Of a stretch of 64,000 nucleotides of DNA, positions 11,398 to 22,357 are shown one piece after another. Below the pieces are notes generated by a model. It made no database searches. It worked only from the letters and a program-made list of their open reading frames with translations, and had not been told where the DNA came from. The stretch is from Pseudomonadota bacterium (GTDB lineage: Bacteria > Bdellovibrionota_F > JAHFAK01 > JBDREC01). The DNA is taken from assembly GCA_043820105.1 (NCBI GenBank), contig JBDREC010000090.1:124001-188000 (forward strand). Reading direction: 5' to 3'. A program made the translations under genes and the position numbers. Every line of letters starts with the position of its first letter. Position 1 is the first letter of the stretch.

Positions 11398-11628
11398 TTA
11401 GTCAATTATTTCAAGGACTGCTCTTTTACGATTTTTGGATGCAATAGCAGCTAGCAAAGTTCTCATAGCATGAGCTGTTCTGCCTTTTTTGCCAATTACT
11501 TTTCCAAGATCATCTGAGCTAACTTTTAATTCAATAACAATCGTTTGGTCACCAACAATTTCGTTAACAGTCACATCGTCTGGATTGTCTACCAATGATT
11601 TTGAGATGTGTTCAATTAAGTCTTTCAT
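11398..11628 (-). CDS. khpA: KH-domain RNA-binding protein KhpA (YlqC)
   Basis: MKDLIEHISKSLVDNPDDV...DLGKVIGKKGRTAHAMRTLL. Confidence 0.92.
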   Translation of the reverse strand: MKDLIEHISKSLVDNPDDVTVNEIVGDQTIVIELKVSSDDLGKVIGKKGRTAHAMRTLLAAIASKNRKRAVLEIID

Positions 11629-11656
11629 TTATCACCTTCTGGATTTTGAGTTTCTA

Positions 11657-11917
11657 TTATTGACCGGTAGAATCTTCTTTCTTATAGTGTTCTTTTAATA
11701 TGTTTGTAACTGTATCTGTTGCTTGAGCCCCACTTTTAAGCCATTTTTCAATTTTGTCTTCTTTTAGGGTTACTTCTGCTGGTTCCTTTGTTGGGCTATA
11801 TGTACCAACAACTTCAAGGAATCTTCCATCTCTTGGATATCTTGAATCAGCAGCAACTATTCTATAAAATGGTCTTTTTTTGCTTCCAGCTCTTCTTAAT
11901 CTAATTACTGTGGCCAT
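11657..11917 (-). CDS. rpsP: 30S ribosomal protein S16
   Basis: [38 protein letters not shown] at 11917 with AGGAG upstream. Confidence 0.98.
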   Translation of the reverse strand: MATVIRLRRAGSKKRPFYRIVAADSRYPRDGRFLEVVGTYSPTKEPAEVTLKEDKIEKWLKSGAQATDTVTNILKEHYKKEDSTGQ

Positions 11918-12004
11918 TATGCTTATTAACTCCTTCAAATTTACATTCTATGTCAAAAAGTGTGGGATAATTATAAGGAAAAATCACATTTGTCAACACT
12001 TAAA

Positions 12005-12403
12005 TTATTGAATTTGAACCAAAATTTTACGAGAATTTCTCGGCCCATCAAACTCACAAAAATAAATTCCCTGCCAAGTTCCAAGCTTTAAATTAGAGTT
12101 TTCTATTGGCACTAAAACTGAATTGCCAACAAGTGAAGATTTGATGTGTGCATCAGAATTGCCTTCTAGATGTGTAAATCCACTCAAATTAGGCGAAATT
12201 TTATTTAAGCCCATAAGAATATCACCACAAACAGATGGATCAGCATTTTCATTAATAGTAATGGCCGCTGTAGTATGAAAAGTAAAAATATAGCAAATAC
12301 CATCACTTATCCCTGATTCACCTACAATGTTTCTAACTTCATGGCTTATGTCTATAAGTTGATTATGGGAATTTGAGTTTATAGTAAATTGCTTTTTGTA
12401 CAT
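12005..12403 (-). CDS. yjbQ: YjbQ/UPF0047 family protein
   Basis: HTTAAITINENADPSV, HLEGNSDAHIKS, LGTWQGIYFCEFDGPR. Confidence 0.92.
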   Translation of the reverse strand: MYKKQFTINSNSHNQLIDISHEVRNIVGESGISDGICYIFTFHTTAAITINENADPSVCGDILMGLNKISPNLSGFTHLEGNSDAHIKSSLVGNSVLVPIENSNLKLGTWQGIYFCEFDGPRNSRKILVQIQ

Positions 12404-12428
12404 TTTTGTCTTCCTCTTCACTTACCAC

Positions 12429-13442
12429 TTACAGCTTATCACTTACCACTTTCTTCTGATATCTATTAACCGCATTAATATGATCTTTCAAATTCACTGA
12501 AAAAAAGTGACTGCCATCATTTTTAGATACAAAATATAAATAATCAGTTTTTTCGGGGTACAAAGCAGCCATAATGGACTCAATCCCTGGATTCGCAATA
12601 GGCGAGGGCGGCAAACCATTATTTGTATAAGTATTAAAAGGCGTTGGATTATTTAAATCAGATTTTTTGATATTACCATCAAAGTTTGACCATATTCCAT
12701 AGATCACAGTAGGGTCAGATTGCAAGCGAATGTTTTTTTCAAGACGGTTATGAAATACAGATGATATAAGACTCCGTTCAGAGCCTTGACCTGTTTCCTT
12801 TTCAATGATTGAAGCTAAGGTTAAAGTTTTGTTTTTTGTAAAGTTTAATCTTGCCATTTGATCAAGCAGTTCTTGCGAGAATCTATCATTTAATTCTTTA
12901 TTTAATCTTTTTATTATTAGTTCTGGATCAGTCTTTTTATGGAATAAATAAGTATTAGGAAATAAATAGCCTTCAACTGTGCTGTTTTCAATATTAAGTT
13001 CAGTTAATAATTTTTCATTTTGGCAAAGGCTTAAAAAATCAAGCTTATCACAAATCATATTTTTATCTAATAGCTCAGCGATTTCGTACATGTTTAAGCC
13101 TTCAGGGATAACAATTTTAAACTGAAGATTTTGTGCTTTTGACAAAAACTCCAAAAACTCTGAATTTGAATAGCTCTTTTCAAGCAAAAAATCTCCAGCT
13201 TGAAGTTTGTTCGCGTAACCAAGAATATTAGCTAAAAATTTAAACTTTATAGGTTCTTGGATTAAACCATGTTCGGTGAGAATTCTAATTATTCTATTTA
13301 AGGTAGCACCTTTAGGAATGGTTACGTAAACTTCATCTTTTTCAAGACTGATTTTTGAAGCTGCATACTGATTCATTGAATAATAAAAATATCCAAACAA
13401 AGAAAAAAACAAGACAAAAATAACAAGTAAAGCTTTCTTCAA
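12429..13442 (-). CDS. mltG: Endolytic transglycosylase MltG
   Basis: IPEG, EGYLFPNTY, LASIIEKET, LQSDPTV, NTY..GLPPSPIANPG, YLYFV; likely TTG start at 13442 after GAGG. Confidence 0.95.
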   Translation of the reverse strand: MKKALLVIFVLFFSLFGYFYYSMNQYAASKISLEKDEVYVTIPKGATLNRIIRILTEHGLIQEPIKFKFLANILGYANKLQAGDFLLEKSYSNSEFLEFLSKAQNLQFKIVIPEGLNMYEIAELLDKNMICDKLDFLSLCQNEKLLTELNIENSTVEGYLFPNTYLFHKKTDPELIIKRLNKELNDRFSQELLDQMARLNFTKNKTLTLASIIEKETGQGSERSLISSVFHNRLEKNIRLQSDPTVIYGIWSNFDGNIKKSDLNNPTPFNTYTNNGLPPSPIANPGIESIMAALYPEKTDYLYFVSKNDGSHFFSVNLKDHINAVNRYQKKVVSDKL

Positions 13443-13559
13443 TTTTTCCTCAAAAATTAATTGTCTAAAACAAATTATGAATTTACACCAAATTTTGTCA
13501 ATTAAAAATCTGGGGGACACTTGCCTGAGATTTTTATAAAAAATAAATGTGGGAAAGTG

Positions 13560-13991
13560 TTAATGTTTTAAAGCGTCCAAATAGGTTTGCAATATAAGTT
13601 GTGCTGCCATTAAGTCTGATTTTTGTTTTCTTTTTTTTCTTGAAAAGTCCATTGCAATCATGTGTCTTTCAGATTCTTGGGAGGTGTAGCTTTCATCGAT
13701 ATATTTGAGTTCTAATTTTGGAAATCGTCTTTGAAGATAATCGCTAAATTCTCTTATTTTTTGGGCTTGTATGCTTAGCCCCCCCTCTTGGTTATATGGC
13801 AAGCCAACTACAATACATTCAGGATCATATTCTTTTAAAATAAGTTCAAGCTCACTTGCAGCTTTCTTTTTTTCATCTAAACCTGGGATAATCTTTAAAG
13901 GCTGGGCAAAGCTCTGAGTTGGGTCTGTAATTGCAACACCTGTTCTTTTGTTTCCAACATCAAGAGCCAATATTCTTTTTCTTTCAATCAT
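13560..13991 (-). CDS. ruvX: YqgF/RuvX pre-16S rRNA nuclease / Holliday junction resolvase
   Basis: ILALDVGNKRTGVAITD, VVGLP, DESYTS, AAQLILQTYLD. Confidence 0.93.
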   Translation of the reverse strand: MIERKRILALDVGNKRTGVAITDPTQSFAQPLKIIPGLDEKKKAASELELILKEYDPECIVVGLPYNQEGGLSIQAQKIREFSDYLQRRFPKLELKYIDESYTSQESERHMIAMDFSRKKRKQKSDLMAAQLILQTYLDALKH

Positions 13992-14095
13992 GAGTTACTC
14001 TTTTTTGCATGTTATTCAGATTATTAATTTTATTCCTTGACGTATTTTGAAAAAATATCAATAAAAAACCTTTTGATTTTGATGAGGTTAGAAAA

Positions 14096-14656
14096 ATGAT
14101 AGTTGCTACACAGTTAAAAGTTGGAAATACTATAATTTTCAATGGAGAATTATGTAAAATTTTAAGGGTTGATCATGTTACCCCTGGAAAAGGGCACGGA
14201 ATGGTTCAAGCAAAGCTTCGAAATATTGTTTCAGGTGTTCAATTTGAAAATAGATTTCGTTCAAGTGAAAAAGTTGAAACCGCCCATTTAAAAGATAAAG
14301 AAATGGAATATCTTTATGAAGACCAAGGGGTGTATCATTTTATGAACACAGAAACCTATGAACAGATTGAACTAAACAAAGAAGCTTTGGATAATGCAGT
14401 TAATTACTTAGTTGAAAATATTAAAATAAATATATCTTTTTATGATGGAACACCTATTGGTATTAACTTACCAAATACTGTTGATTTAGAAGTTGTTGAG
14501 ACAGAACCTTCAATGAAGGGAGCAACAGCTACAGCTTCTTATAAACCAGCTGCCCTGCAGACAGGACTTGTTGTACAAGTGCCTCAATTTGTGAAAATCG
14601 GAGATGTGATTAGAGTAAAAACTGAAGATAATACGTATTTAGAAAGAGCAAAGTAA
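14096..14656 (+). CDS. efp: Elongation factor P
   Basis: HVTPGKG, KPAALQTGLVVQVPQF, YLERA. Confidence 0.97.
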   Translation: MIVATQLKVGNTIIFNGELCKILRVDHVTPGKGHGMVQAKLRNIVSGVQFENRFRSSEKVETAHLKDKEMEYLYEDQGVYHFMNTETYEQIELNKEALDNAVNYLVENIKINISFYDGTPIGINLPNTVDLEVVETEPSMKGATATASYKPAALQTGLVVQVPQFVKIGDVIRVKTEDNTYLERAK

Positions 14657-14755
14657 GTAATGAGTTTGAGTAATGAGTATTGTGGGAAAAAAGAATCTAA
14701 AAGTAAACTTACCACTTACGACTTACCACTTTTCACTTAATAGAAAGGAGACTTT

Positions 14756-16303
14756 ATGAGTCAAAATCTCGGATTTGTTGGAACTGTTAAAAGTTATCCA
14801 AAAACTTTTTGGGTTTCAAATGTAATGGAAATTTTCGAAAGAATGGCATGGTATGGTTTTTTTGCTCTTTCAACCTTATATATAACAGGCTCAGTTGATG
14901 ATGGCTGTTTGGGTTTTAGCTCTGAAGATAGAGGCATGCTTCAGGGTGTGGTTTCATTTTTTGTTTATCTGCTCCCATTTTTATTTGGAGCCTTAGGTGA
15001 TAGGTATGGCTATAAAAAAATGCTTTTAATAGCCTATTGTGTTTTATCACCCACATATTTTTTGCTCGGTCAATTTAAATCCTTGCCTGGATTCTTTGCC
15101 ATTTTTATGGCTGTTGGAATTGGGGCAGCAATGTTTAAACCTTTAATTGTTAGCTCAATTGGAAAGACGACTGATAAAAAGAATTCGTCCATGGGATTTG
15201 GTATATTTTATGCCATGGTAAATATCGGTGGTTTAATGGGTCCATTTATAGGAGCTGCAATTCGTTCAGGTGGTTGGGATAAAATTTTTATCGCATCATC
15301 TATTTGGATCACGATAAATATTCCAATTCTTTTGATTTTCTATAAAGAGCCAACAGCTGAAGCTGCTTCAAAAGCTAAGAGATCACTTAAAAAGGTTATG
15401 TCAGATATGTTTGAAGTCTTGGGTAATCCAAGATTTTTTGTTATGATTTTTGTTTTACTTTTTATTTTAGTTGTTGGAAAAAAGGTTTTTAATATTCAGG
15501 TTATGTTTTCGCTCGCTGGAGTTTGGCTAGCTGGAAATATTATTTTGGATATTGTTTTTAAAGCATTTGGTACTCCAAGAGAATGGCGAATGAGAGCAGG
15601 AAACACTCGTTTCTTATTATTCTTATTGTTGCTTTCAAGTTTTTGGGTTTCCTTTAATCAAATTTTTATGACGCTGCCGGAATATATTAGGGATTTTACT
15701 GATTCCAAATCATTAATGGAAACTTTGACAGCCTTTTTCCAGGGCACTTTCGGATCCGGCGCTGCTGAATGGTTCCAATATATGTTTGTTGAAAAAGATG
15801 GTACAATTAAGCCAGAACAGGTAATTAATATCAATGCTTTCTGTATTATCTTTTGTCAGATTTTTATTTCATATATTGTTGCTAGGTTAAAACCACTGGT
15901 CACAATTATTTTAGGTGTTATTATTACAGCAGTTAGTTTTACCTTACTAGTATTTGGTGTAAATCCGATTCTAGTAATGCTGGGTGTTGTTGTTTTCTCA
16001 TTTGGTGAGATGTTTGCATCTCCTAAAGCAAAAGAATATACAGCACACGCAGTGGCTCCTCCTGATAAAGTTGGGCTTTATATGGGATATTACATGTGGT
16101 GTAATGCTCTTGGCGCTTTATTTGGTGGACTCTTGTCAGGTGAGCTATATGGCTGGCTAGCACGTGATTTACAAAAACCAGAACTTATGTGGCTGTTCTT
16201 TGGCTTCCTGGCACTAGTTTGTGCTGTATTACTTTTTGGTTATCATAGGATTATTGGTAGGAAAGTAGAACAAGAAAATTTAGCTAAAGCTCAACAAGCA
16301 TAA
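14756..16303 (+). CDS. MFS transporter, POT/peptide-type, paralog 1
   Basis: EIFERMAWYG (ExxER), GDRYG loop, GFGIFYAMVNIG, GEMFASP; many TM segments. Confidence 0.85.
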   Translation: MSQNLGFVGTVKSYPKTFWVSNVMEIFERMAWYGFFALSTLYITGSVDDGCLGFSSEDRGMLQGVVSFFVYLLPFLFGALGDRYGYKKMLLIAYCVLSPTYFLLGQFKSLPGFFAIFMAVGIGAAMFKPLIVSSIGKTTDKKNSSMGFGIFYAMVNIGGLMGPFIGAAIRSGGWDKIFIASSIWITINIPILLIFYKEPTAEAASKAKRSLKKVMSDMFEVLGNPRFFVMIFVLLFILVVGKKVFNIQVMFSLAGVWLAGNIILDIVFKAFGTPREWRMRAGNTRFLLFLLLLSSFWVSFNQIFMTLPEYIRDFTDSKSLMETLTAFFQGTFGSGAAEWFQYMFVEKDGTIKPEQVININAFCIIFCQIFISYIVARLKPLVTIILGVIITAVSFTLLVFGVNPILVMLGVVVFSFGEMFASPKAKEYTAHAVAPPDKVGLYMGYYMWCNALGALFGGLLSGELYGWLARDLQKPELMWLFFGFLALVCAVLLFGYHRIIGRKVEQENLAKAQQA

Positions 16304-16320
16304 AATATTAGGAGTTTAAA

Positions 16321-17886
16321 ATGGATGAAAGACTCGGCTTTGTTGCAACCGTAAAATCTTTTCCAAGGACTTTTTGGGTTGCAAATACTATGGAAATTTT
16401 TGAACGTATGGCATGGTATGGTTTCTTTTCTTTATCAACGCTTTATATAACAGGATCTGTAGCTGAGGGAGGACTTGGTTTTTCTTCAGAAGATAGAGGT
16501 CTTTTACAAGGTGTTGTTACTTTCTTTTTATATCTATTCCCTTTTATAACTGGTGCATTGGGTGATAGGTATGGTTTTAAAAAAATGCTTATAATTGCCT
16601 ATATAATTTTAGCACCTACATACTATCTTTTAGGCCAATTTAAAACATTGCCATCCTTTTTTGCAATCTTTATGGCTGTCGCAGTAGGGGCTGCTATCTT
16701 TAAACCACTGATTGCTGGAACGATTGGAAAGGTTACAAATAAAAATACGGCGTCCATGGGTTTTGGTATATTTTATATGATGGTTAATGTTGGTGGTTTG
16801 TTGGGACCTTTCATAGCTGGTGCTATTAGAAACGCCGGCTGGAATTGGGTCTTTATAGCATCAGCTATTTGGATTTCACTAAACATTCCAATTTTATTAA
16901 TTTTTTACAAAGAACCAACAAAAGAAGTAGGTTCAGCCCAGAAGAGATCTTTTAACAAGGTTATGTCTGATATGGTTGAAGTTATTGGTAACATGAGATT
17001 CTTTGTTATGATTTTTGGTGTATTGTTTATTTTTGTTCTTGGCTCTAAATGGCTTTCCATGAAGGAAGTGTTTCTTTACAATATTTTATGGATTGTTGGA
17101 AACATGATTCTTGATATGGTTTTGGCAGTTAGTGCTAAAAATGAATGGAGAATGAAAACAGGAAATGTTCGTTTCATGGTTTTCTTGCTTCTAATATCAT
17201 CATTCTGGATTGCTTTTAATCAGCTTTTTATAACATTGCCAGAATACATTAGAGATTTTACTAATACTAAACCTTTAATGGATTCAATCGCAGCATTTCT
17301 TGGAAGTGTAGGTTTTAGTGAGGGCTTTGTTGATAAAATAGTTTATATTTTTGCCAAGAATGACGGTACCATTAAACCAGAGCATTTTATCAGTATTAAT
17401 GCAGCAGGAATTGTTGTATTTCAGGTTATAGTATCATATTTCGTAACAAGAATGAATGATATGATAACAATGCTTTTGGGTATTGCTGTTACTGCTTTAA
17501 GCTTTTTATTATTTGCCTTTTGGGGTGCGAATCCAATTATAGTTGCACTTGGTGTTTTGGTTTTCTCCTTTGGCGAGATGATGGCTTCTCCAAAGTCTCA
17601 GGAATATGTTGCTAAAGCAGTCGCTCCTCCAGACAAGGTAGGCATGTTCATGGGTTATTATTTCTGGAGTTTTGCTCTTGGAAATCTTTTCGGTGGATTG
17701 CTATCTGGAAGGCTTTATGGCTGGTTGGCAAGAGACCTGGGAAGACCAGACATAATGTGGATCATTTTTGCAGGTTTTTCATTATTATGTGTTGCTTTAC
17801 TTTATGTTTATCATATTGTTCTTGGTAAAAAAATTGTAAAAGAAAACCTAGCTAAGGTTGATGCTAACTCTGGAACAAGTGAGTAA
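16321..17886 (+). CDS. MFS transporter, POT/peptide-type, paralog 2
   Basis: Same motifs; colinear and highly similar to the upstream gene. Confidence 0.85.
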   Translation: MDERLGFVATVKSFPRTFWVANTMEIFERMAWYGFFSLSTLYITGSVAEGGLGFSSEDRGLLQGVVTFFLYLFPFITGALGDRYGFKKMLIIAYIILAPTYYLLGQFKTLPSFFAIFMAVAVGAAIFKPLIAGTIGKVTNKNTASMGFGIFYMMVNVGGLLGPFIAGAIRNAGWNWVFIASAIWISLNIPILLIFYKEPTKEVGSAQKRSFNKVMSDMVEVIGNMRFFVMIFGVLFIFVLGSKWLSMKEVFLYNILWIVGNMILDMVLAVSAKNEWRMKTGNVRFMVFLLLISSFWIAFNQLFITLPEYIRDFTNTKPLMDSIAAFLGSVGFSEGFVDKIVYIFAKNDGTIKPEHFISINAAGIVVFQVIVSYFVTRMNDMITMLLGIAVTALSFLLFAFWGANPIIVALGVLVFSFGEMMASPKSQEYVAKAVAPPDKVGMFMGYYFWSFALGNLFGGLLSGRLYGWLARDLGRPDIMWIIFAGFSLLCVALLYVYHIVLGKKIVKENLAKVDANSGTSE

Positions 17887-17898
17887 CAATAAAACCTT

Positions 17899-19245
17899 AT
17901 GAACTCACCTCAAAATAGCAGAAATATTGCTTTTAAAATCCTAAATGAAATCCTATTTGATTATAAAATCAAGGATAATGTATTATGTGATTTATCCACT
18001 GAGATAGAAAAACTACCAAAACAAGATATTTCATTTTTATATGAACTTGTTCATGGAGTTTTAAGATGGAAGTTAAGACTGGATTTTATGATTTCTCATT
18101 GTATTGAACTTACGAAGATTCAAGCAAAACTTTTAAACATTCTGAGAATTGGTTTTTATCAATTATATTTTATGAATGTTAAAAATCATGCTGCAATTAA
18201 TGAAACAGTTAATCTTCTATCCAATAAAAAGCAAAAGGGTTTTGTTAATGCTATTTTAAGAAAATCACAAAGGTTATGTTTTGATTATAAAAATCTTGGA
18301 GATGAGAGAACATCTGTACTTTTTTCAATGCCCAGGTGGATTGTTGATAAATTAAATTCAGATTTCTCTCATTTGCAAGCTATCAAAATTTTGTCTTATT
18401 TACTTAAAAGACCTAGTCATTCTATGCGCATTGATACAGATTATGAAGTCGAAATAGAAAAGGCTCTGAAAAATGAAGGCATAGAATTTAGCAAATCCGC
18501 GCTGAGTAAAAGTGCTTATTTTATTAATTCTCAGAAGCATCCTTTAATTAAAAAATTTATTGATGATGGTAAAATCTATATTCAAGATATAGGTTCTCAA
18601 ATTGTTGTTGATTGCTTAGATCCAAAAAATGATGATGTCATTTGGGATGTTTTTGCAGGGGTTGGAGGCAAGAGCTTTCATATAAGGCAAAAAGCTTGTA
18701 AAGCAACTATATTGGCTTCTGATAAGGATAAACGAAGGTCTTCTGTGCTTAAGGAATTTGGAAATAATGATAGCGCTTTTCTTGGAGTTAAGGCCGATGT
18801 TTTTAAGTTTGATCCTATGGTAGAATTAAGAGCCTTTAACAAAAAATTTGAAGGTAAAGAAAAGAGAGTTTTTTCAAAAATACTTATTGATGCTCCCTGC
18901 TCTGGAATTGGAACAATCTCAAAAAACCCTGATCTTAAATGGAGAATTAAAAAAGATGATATCTCTGCACTTGCCCAAATTCAACTTAACTCTTTGCTAA
19001 TGGCTTCTAAATATCTAAAACCTGGAGGTCAAATTACTTACTCTTTATGTACTTTTAATTTTGAAGAAACAGATGCAGTTATTAATCAATTTTTGAAACT
19101 AAGACGGGAATTTAACATCAATGACAATTACCCAAAAGCAATGAATGAGTTTAAAACAAATAAAGGATACTTAAGACTTTTTCCTTATCAAACAAAACAA
19201 TCCGGATACTTTATTGCGAATTTATATCTAAGCTCAGGTTTCTAA
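17899..19245 (+). CDS. rsmB: 16S rRNA m5C967 methyltransferase RsmB/Sun-like (NusB + NOL1/NOP2 domains)
   Basis: ELVHGVLRW, HAAINETV, GFVNAILR, IQD, LIDAPCSGIG, YSLCT. Confidence 0.85.
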   Translation: MNSPQNSRNIAFKILNEILFDYKIKDNVLCDLSTEIEKLPKQDISFLYELVHGVLRWKLRLDFMISHCIELTKIQAKLLNILRIGFYQLYFMNVKNHAAINETVNLLSNKKQKGFVNAILRKSQRLCFDYKNLGDERTSVLFSMPRWIVDKLNSDFSHLQAIKILSYLLKRPSHSMRIDTDYEVEIEKALKNEGIEFSKSALSKSAYFINSQKHPLIKKFIDDGKIYIQDIGSQIVVDCLDPKNDDVIWDVFAGVGGKSFHIRQKACKATILASDKDKRRSSVLKEFGNNDSAFLGVKADVFKFDPMVELRAFNKKFEGKEKRVFSKILIDAPCSGIGTISKNPDLKWRIKKDDISALAQIQLNSLLMASKYLKPGGQITYSLCTFNFEETDAVINQFLKLRREFNINDNYPKAMNEFKTNKGYLRLFPYQTKQSGYFIANLYLSSGF

Positions 19246-19249
19246 GATA

Positions 19250-20674
19250 TTATTTTATACTTTTCATTAATTCTTCTTCCATTCCTGAATTTTTATAAAG
19301 CTGAGCAAGTGAATGGTCATAAGCAAATAAGGAAGTATAAAAATCCGTTTTAGCCTTTGAATAAATTAAGTATGCATCTGTTAAATCTTTTGCACTAACG
19401 TCAATAAAGCCAGATTCAAATGCACTCACTGATTGGTATAAAAGAGTTCTGGAATATTTAATAGATTTTTTTGAAATCTCTATTTTATTGATAGCTTCAT
19501 CAGTTTGATTATAAAGTTGAGAGATTAATACATTAATACCCATTTTCGCATATTTTTCTTGCTGAATTACTTTTTCATATTCAATTTTGGCAGCTCTTAC
19601 CTTTTTGTTTGTTTTCCAAAAATTTAAGGCCTGGCTGACCCCAAGGGCGAAACCACCTTCAATCAGATTAAAATCATCTCTAACAAATGGGTTAGTTTGA
19701 TCTTCTCTATTAGGAGCAATTCCAAATTTAAATCCACCTAAAATAAATATATCTGGATAGTAATTAGACTTTTCTCGCTCCCATAAAAGTTTTTTAATTT
19801 CAACTACTGAAGCTAAGGATTTTAAGTCAAAATTATTCTCAGAAGCTGTATTTATAAAAAAGTTTTTAGGTTGTAATATATAAGTTTTGTCTTTAAAATC
19901 TTCAGGGATGATCTTTACTTCAAATTCTGGGGCTATATCTAATAGCAATTTCAAAGCACTAATGGCAATGTCGAGTTCTTTGACTAGTCTGCATTGTTGT
20001 TTATCAACTTCAAGTTTGAATATTTTGAGTTTTTGCATGTCCAGATTTGAAACTTTGCCTTTTCCTGACCTATACATTTCATCAGCTTTTGAATAAGCTC
20101 TATCATAGTTTTCATATGTTTCTTTGACAAGGTCTTCAAACTCATAGGCTGTTTGGATTGCATAAAAAAGTTTCTTAATATTAATGACAGTATTAAGTTT
20201 TTCGCCAACTTCTTGATATTTACTAGCTTTAATGCCTTCTTTTGCTATATCAAATATTTTGCCAATTTTCCCAAAGGTATAAATAGGTTGTAAGGCTTCA
20301 AGCTCAATTCTTTCAAAGAAGCCAAGATTAATTGTTAAATCTTCCCATGAAATACCAGAGTCAGGTGAATATAAAGCATTTCCACGAGCTTGTGGGACTG
20401 GACCTATGTAGTTCCTGATATTTAATACTGGAAAAATAGATGTAGCCTGAGCTTCTTTGAGCTTTTCCCTATAATACTCAGTCGTAAGCTGACTTGCTTT
20501 TATGTTTGGTGCATTATTAAGCCCTTTTATTAAGCAATCTTTTAAAGATAGCTCAATTTTATTTTGTTTGGGTTCTTGATTTGCTTCATTTTTATTTAAG
20601 TCATCCTGACTTTCTGATGCTAAAATAATTGTAAAACAAAAGCAGAAAATGCAAATTTTTATTAGTAAGTTCAT
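19250..20674 (-). CDS. TolC-family outer membrane efflux protein
   Basis: Signal peptide, LSLKDCLIKGL..AP, QPIYTFGKI, two OEP-like helical repeats (YYPDIF). Confidence 0.8.
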   Translation of the reverse strand: MNLLIKICIFCFCFTIILASESQDDLNKNEANQEPKQNKIELSLKDCLIKGLNNAPNIKASQLTTEYYREKLKEAQATSIFPVLNIRNYIGPVPQARGNALYSPDSGISWEDLTINLGFFERIELEALQPIYTFGKIGKIFDIAKEGIKASKYQEVGEKLNTVINIKKLFYAIQTAYEFEDLVKETYENYDRAYSKADEMYRSGKGKVSNLDMQKLKIFKLEVDKQQCRLVKELDIAISALKLLLDIAPEFEVKIIPEDFKDKTYILQPKNFFINTASENNFDLKSLASVVEIKKLLWEREKSNYYPDIFILGGFKFGIAPNREDQTNPFVRDDFNLIEGGFALGVSQALNFWKTNKKVRAAKIEYEKVIQQEKYAKMGINVLISQLYNQTDEAINKIEISKKSIKYSRTLLYQSVSAFESGFIDVSAKDLTDAYLIYSKAKTDFYTSLFAYDHSLAQLYKNSGMEEELMKSIK

Positions 20675-20752
20675 TTTTTTATTTGATAAAATATATATAA
20701 AAATAATCAATATTTGAATTGCCTAATAGATTGAAATAATTATAATGTCAAT

Positions 20753-22309
20753 ATGTTAAATAAACTTTCAATTAGACAAAAGGTCATTACAGGACTTATA
20801 ATATTATTTATAATTTTTATAGTGGTTTTTATTATTAGTATTGTAAAAATTAATAGTACTAATAGTAAATTAAAAATTATAGAGCTTTTTTATTTTGACT
20901 TGTACAAGACATCTACACAGCTTGATTTATATGTTAATGAAAGCAATAAAAGAATCGAAAAAGTACTTGATGATCTAAATCAGACTCAGGAAAATAATTT
21001 ATTAACTATTCCACCTCTTTCTACTATTCCTTCTAAAAGTGCTGCATATATTCAAAATCTGAAAATGGCTCTATCCAAAATAAAAGCCGAGTATCCAAGG
21101 GTAGGGGATCTTTATGATATCGATAAATTGAATAGCATAATAAGCCGAATTGATGACCTTAATAATAAAATTCGACTAGAAGCTACAATTATCCTTAAAG
21201 AATATTCAATGCAGAACATTGAGCAAATAAAAAACAAATATATTTCCTTTCAATCTATCTCAAAAAGGATGGTTTTTACAATTAATCATTTGAATCTGGA
21301 ACTAGATAGACAATTATCAATTTCATTAAACATAATTAGGTTGCTGATTCAAAGTAGTATGTCCTTGTTTTTAGTTCTTTCTGGTATTATTTTTGTGTTT
21401 GGTGTTTTTGCCACTTATGTATTTTTAAATGCTTTATCGCCACTTTCGAAATTGACAATAATGGCTAAAAAATTTGCAGGAGATAATAAAAATATTTATG
21501 ATTTTGATCTAACAGAGGAAATTAAGCGAAAAGATGAAATTGGCCTCTTAGCTGGTTCATTCAATGAGATGATGAATTCAATTATGCAAAGAGATGCTAA
21601 AATTATCATGCAAAATAGTATGCTTCTTGATTCCGAAAAACTCGCTACTGTTGGTAGAATTTCTTCAAAAATCACACATGAAATTAGGAATCCTTTAAAC
21701 TCAATTGGTTTAAATCTTGAGCTCATTACTGATCGATTTTCTGAACTTTCTGACATAAAACAAGAAGACAGAGAAATTCTAAAATCAATTAATAGGGAAG
21801 TTGAAAGAATTACAAATATTTCAGAGGAATATTTGAGTTATTCTCGTTTATTAAAATATGAATATGCTGAACATGATATAAATCATATTGTTAAAGACAT
21901 AGAACGGCTTTATAAAGCTGAGCTAGCTCTTTCTGGTGCTAATATAAATCTGAATTTGAATGCAGAGAAAATCGTTGTAAATGTTGATGAAAATAAAATT
22001 CGCCAAGCCATTCTAAATTTATTAAGAAATTCCCAGGAAGCATTATCTAAAAATAAAATAGATCCTTTAATTGAAATTACTACCTTGCTTGAAAATGACT
22101 ATTGTTATATTGAGGTAGCTGATAATGGTAAAGGAATCTCAGAGAATGAGCAACATATGATTTTTAACCTTTTTTATACATCTAAAGAAGGTGGCACAGG
22201 TCTGGGTTTAGCCATTACAAAACAAATAATAGAAGATCATTCTGGTAAAATAGAACTTGAGAGTTTTGAAAATATTGGTACAAAGTTTAAGATATGGTTG
22301 CCTTTGTGA
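20753..22309 (+). CDS. Membrane sensor histidine kinase (periplasmic sensor, HAMP, HisKA, HATPase), NtrB/AtoS-like
   Basis: Two TM segments; DEIGLLAGSFNEM; EKLATVGRISSKITHEIRNPL; NLLRNS; DNGKGI; GGTGLGL. Confidence 0.93.
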   Translation: MLNKLSIRQKVITGLIILFIIFIVVFIISIVKINSTNSKLKIIELFYFDLYKTSTQLDLYVNESNKRIEKVLDDLNQTQENNLLTIPPLSTIPSKSAAYIQNLKMALSKIKAEYPRVGDLYDIDKLNSIISRIDDLNNKIRLEATIILKEYSMQNIEQIKNKYISFQSISKRMVFTINHLNLELDRQLSISLNIIRLLIQSSMSLFLVLSGIIFVFGVFATYVFLNALSPLSKLTIMAKKFAGDNKNIYDFDLTEEIKRKDEIGLLAGSFNEMMNSIMQRDAKIIMQNSMLLDSEKLATVGRISSKITHEIRNPLNSIGLNLELITDRFSELSDIKQEDREILKSINREVERITNISEEYLSYSRLLKYEYAEHDINHIVKDIERLYKAELALSGANINLNLNAEKIVVNVDENKIRQAILNLLRNSQEALSKNKIDPLIEITTLLENDYCYIEVADNGKGISENEQHMIFNLFYTSKEGGTGLGLAITKQIIEDHSGKIELESFENIGTKFKIWLPL

Positions 22310-22357
22310 AACAAGGGAACAAGAGCGCAAGGGAACAAGGGAACAAGGAGATTATTT

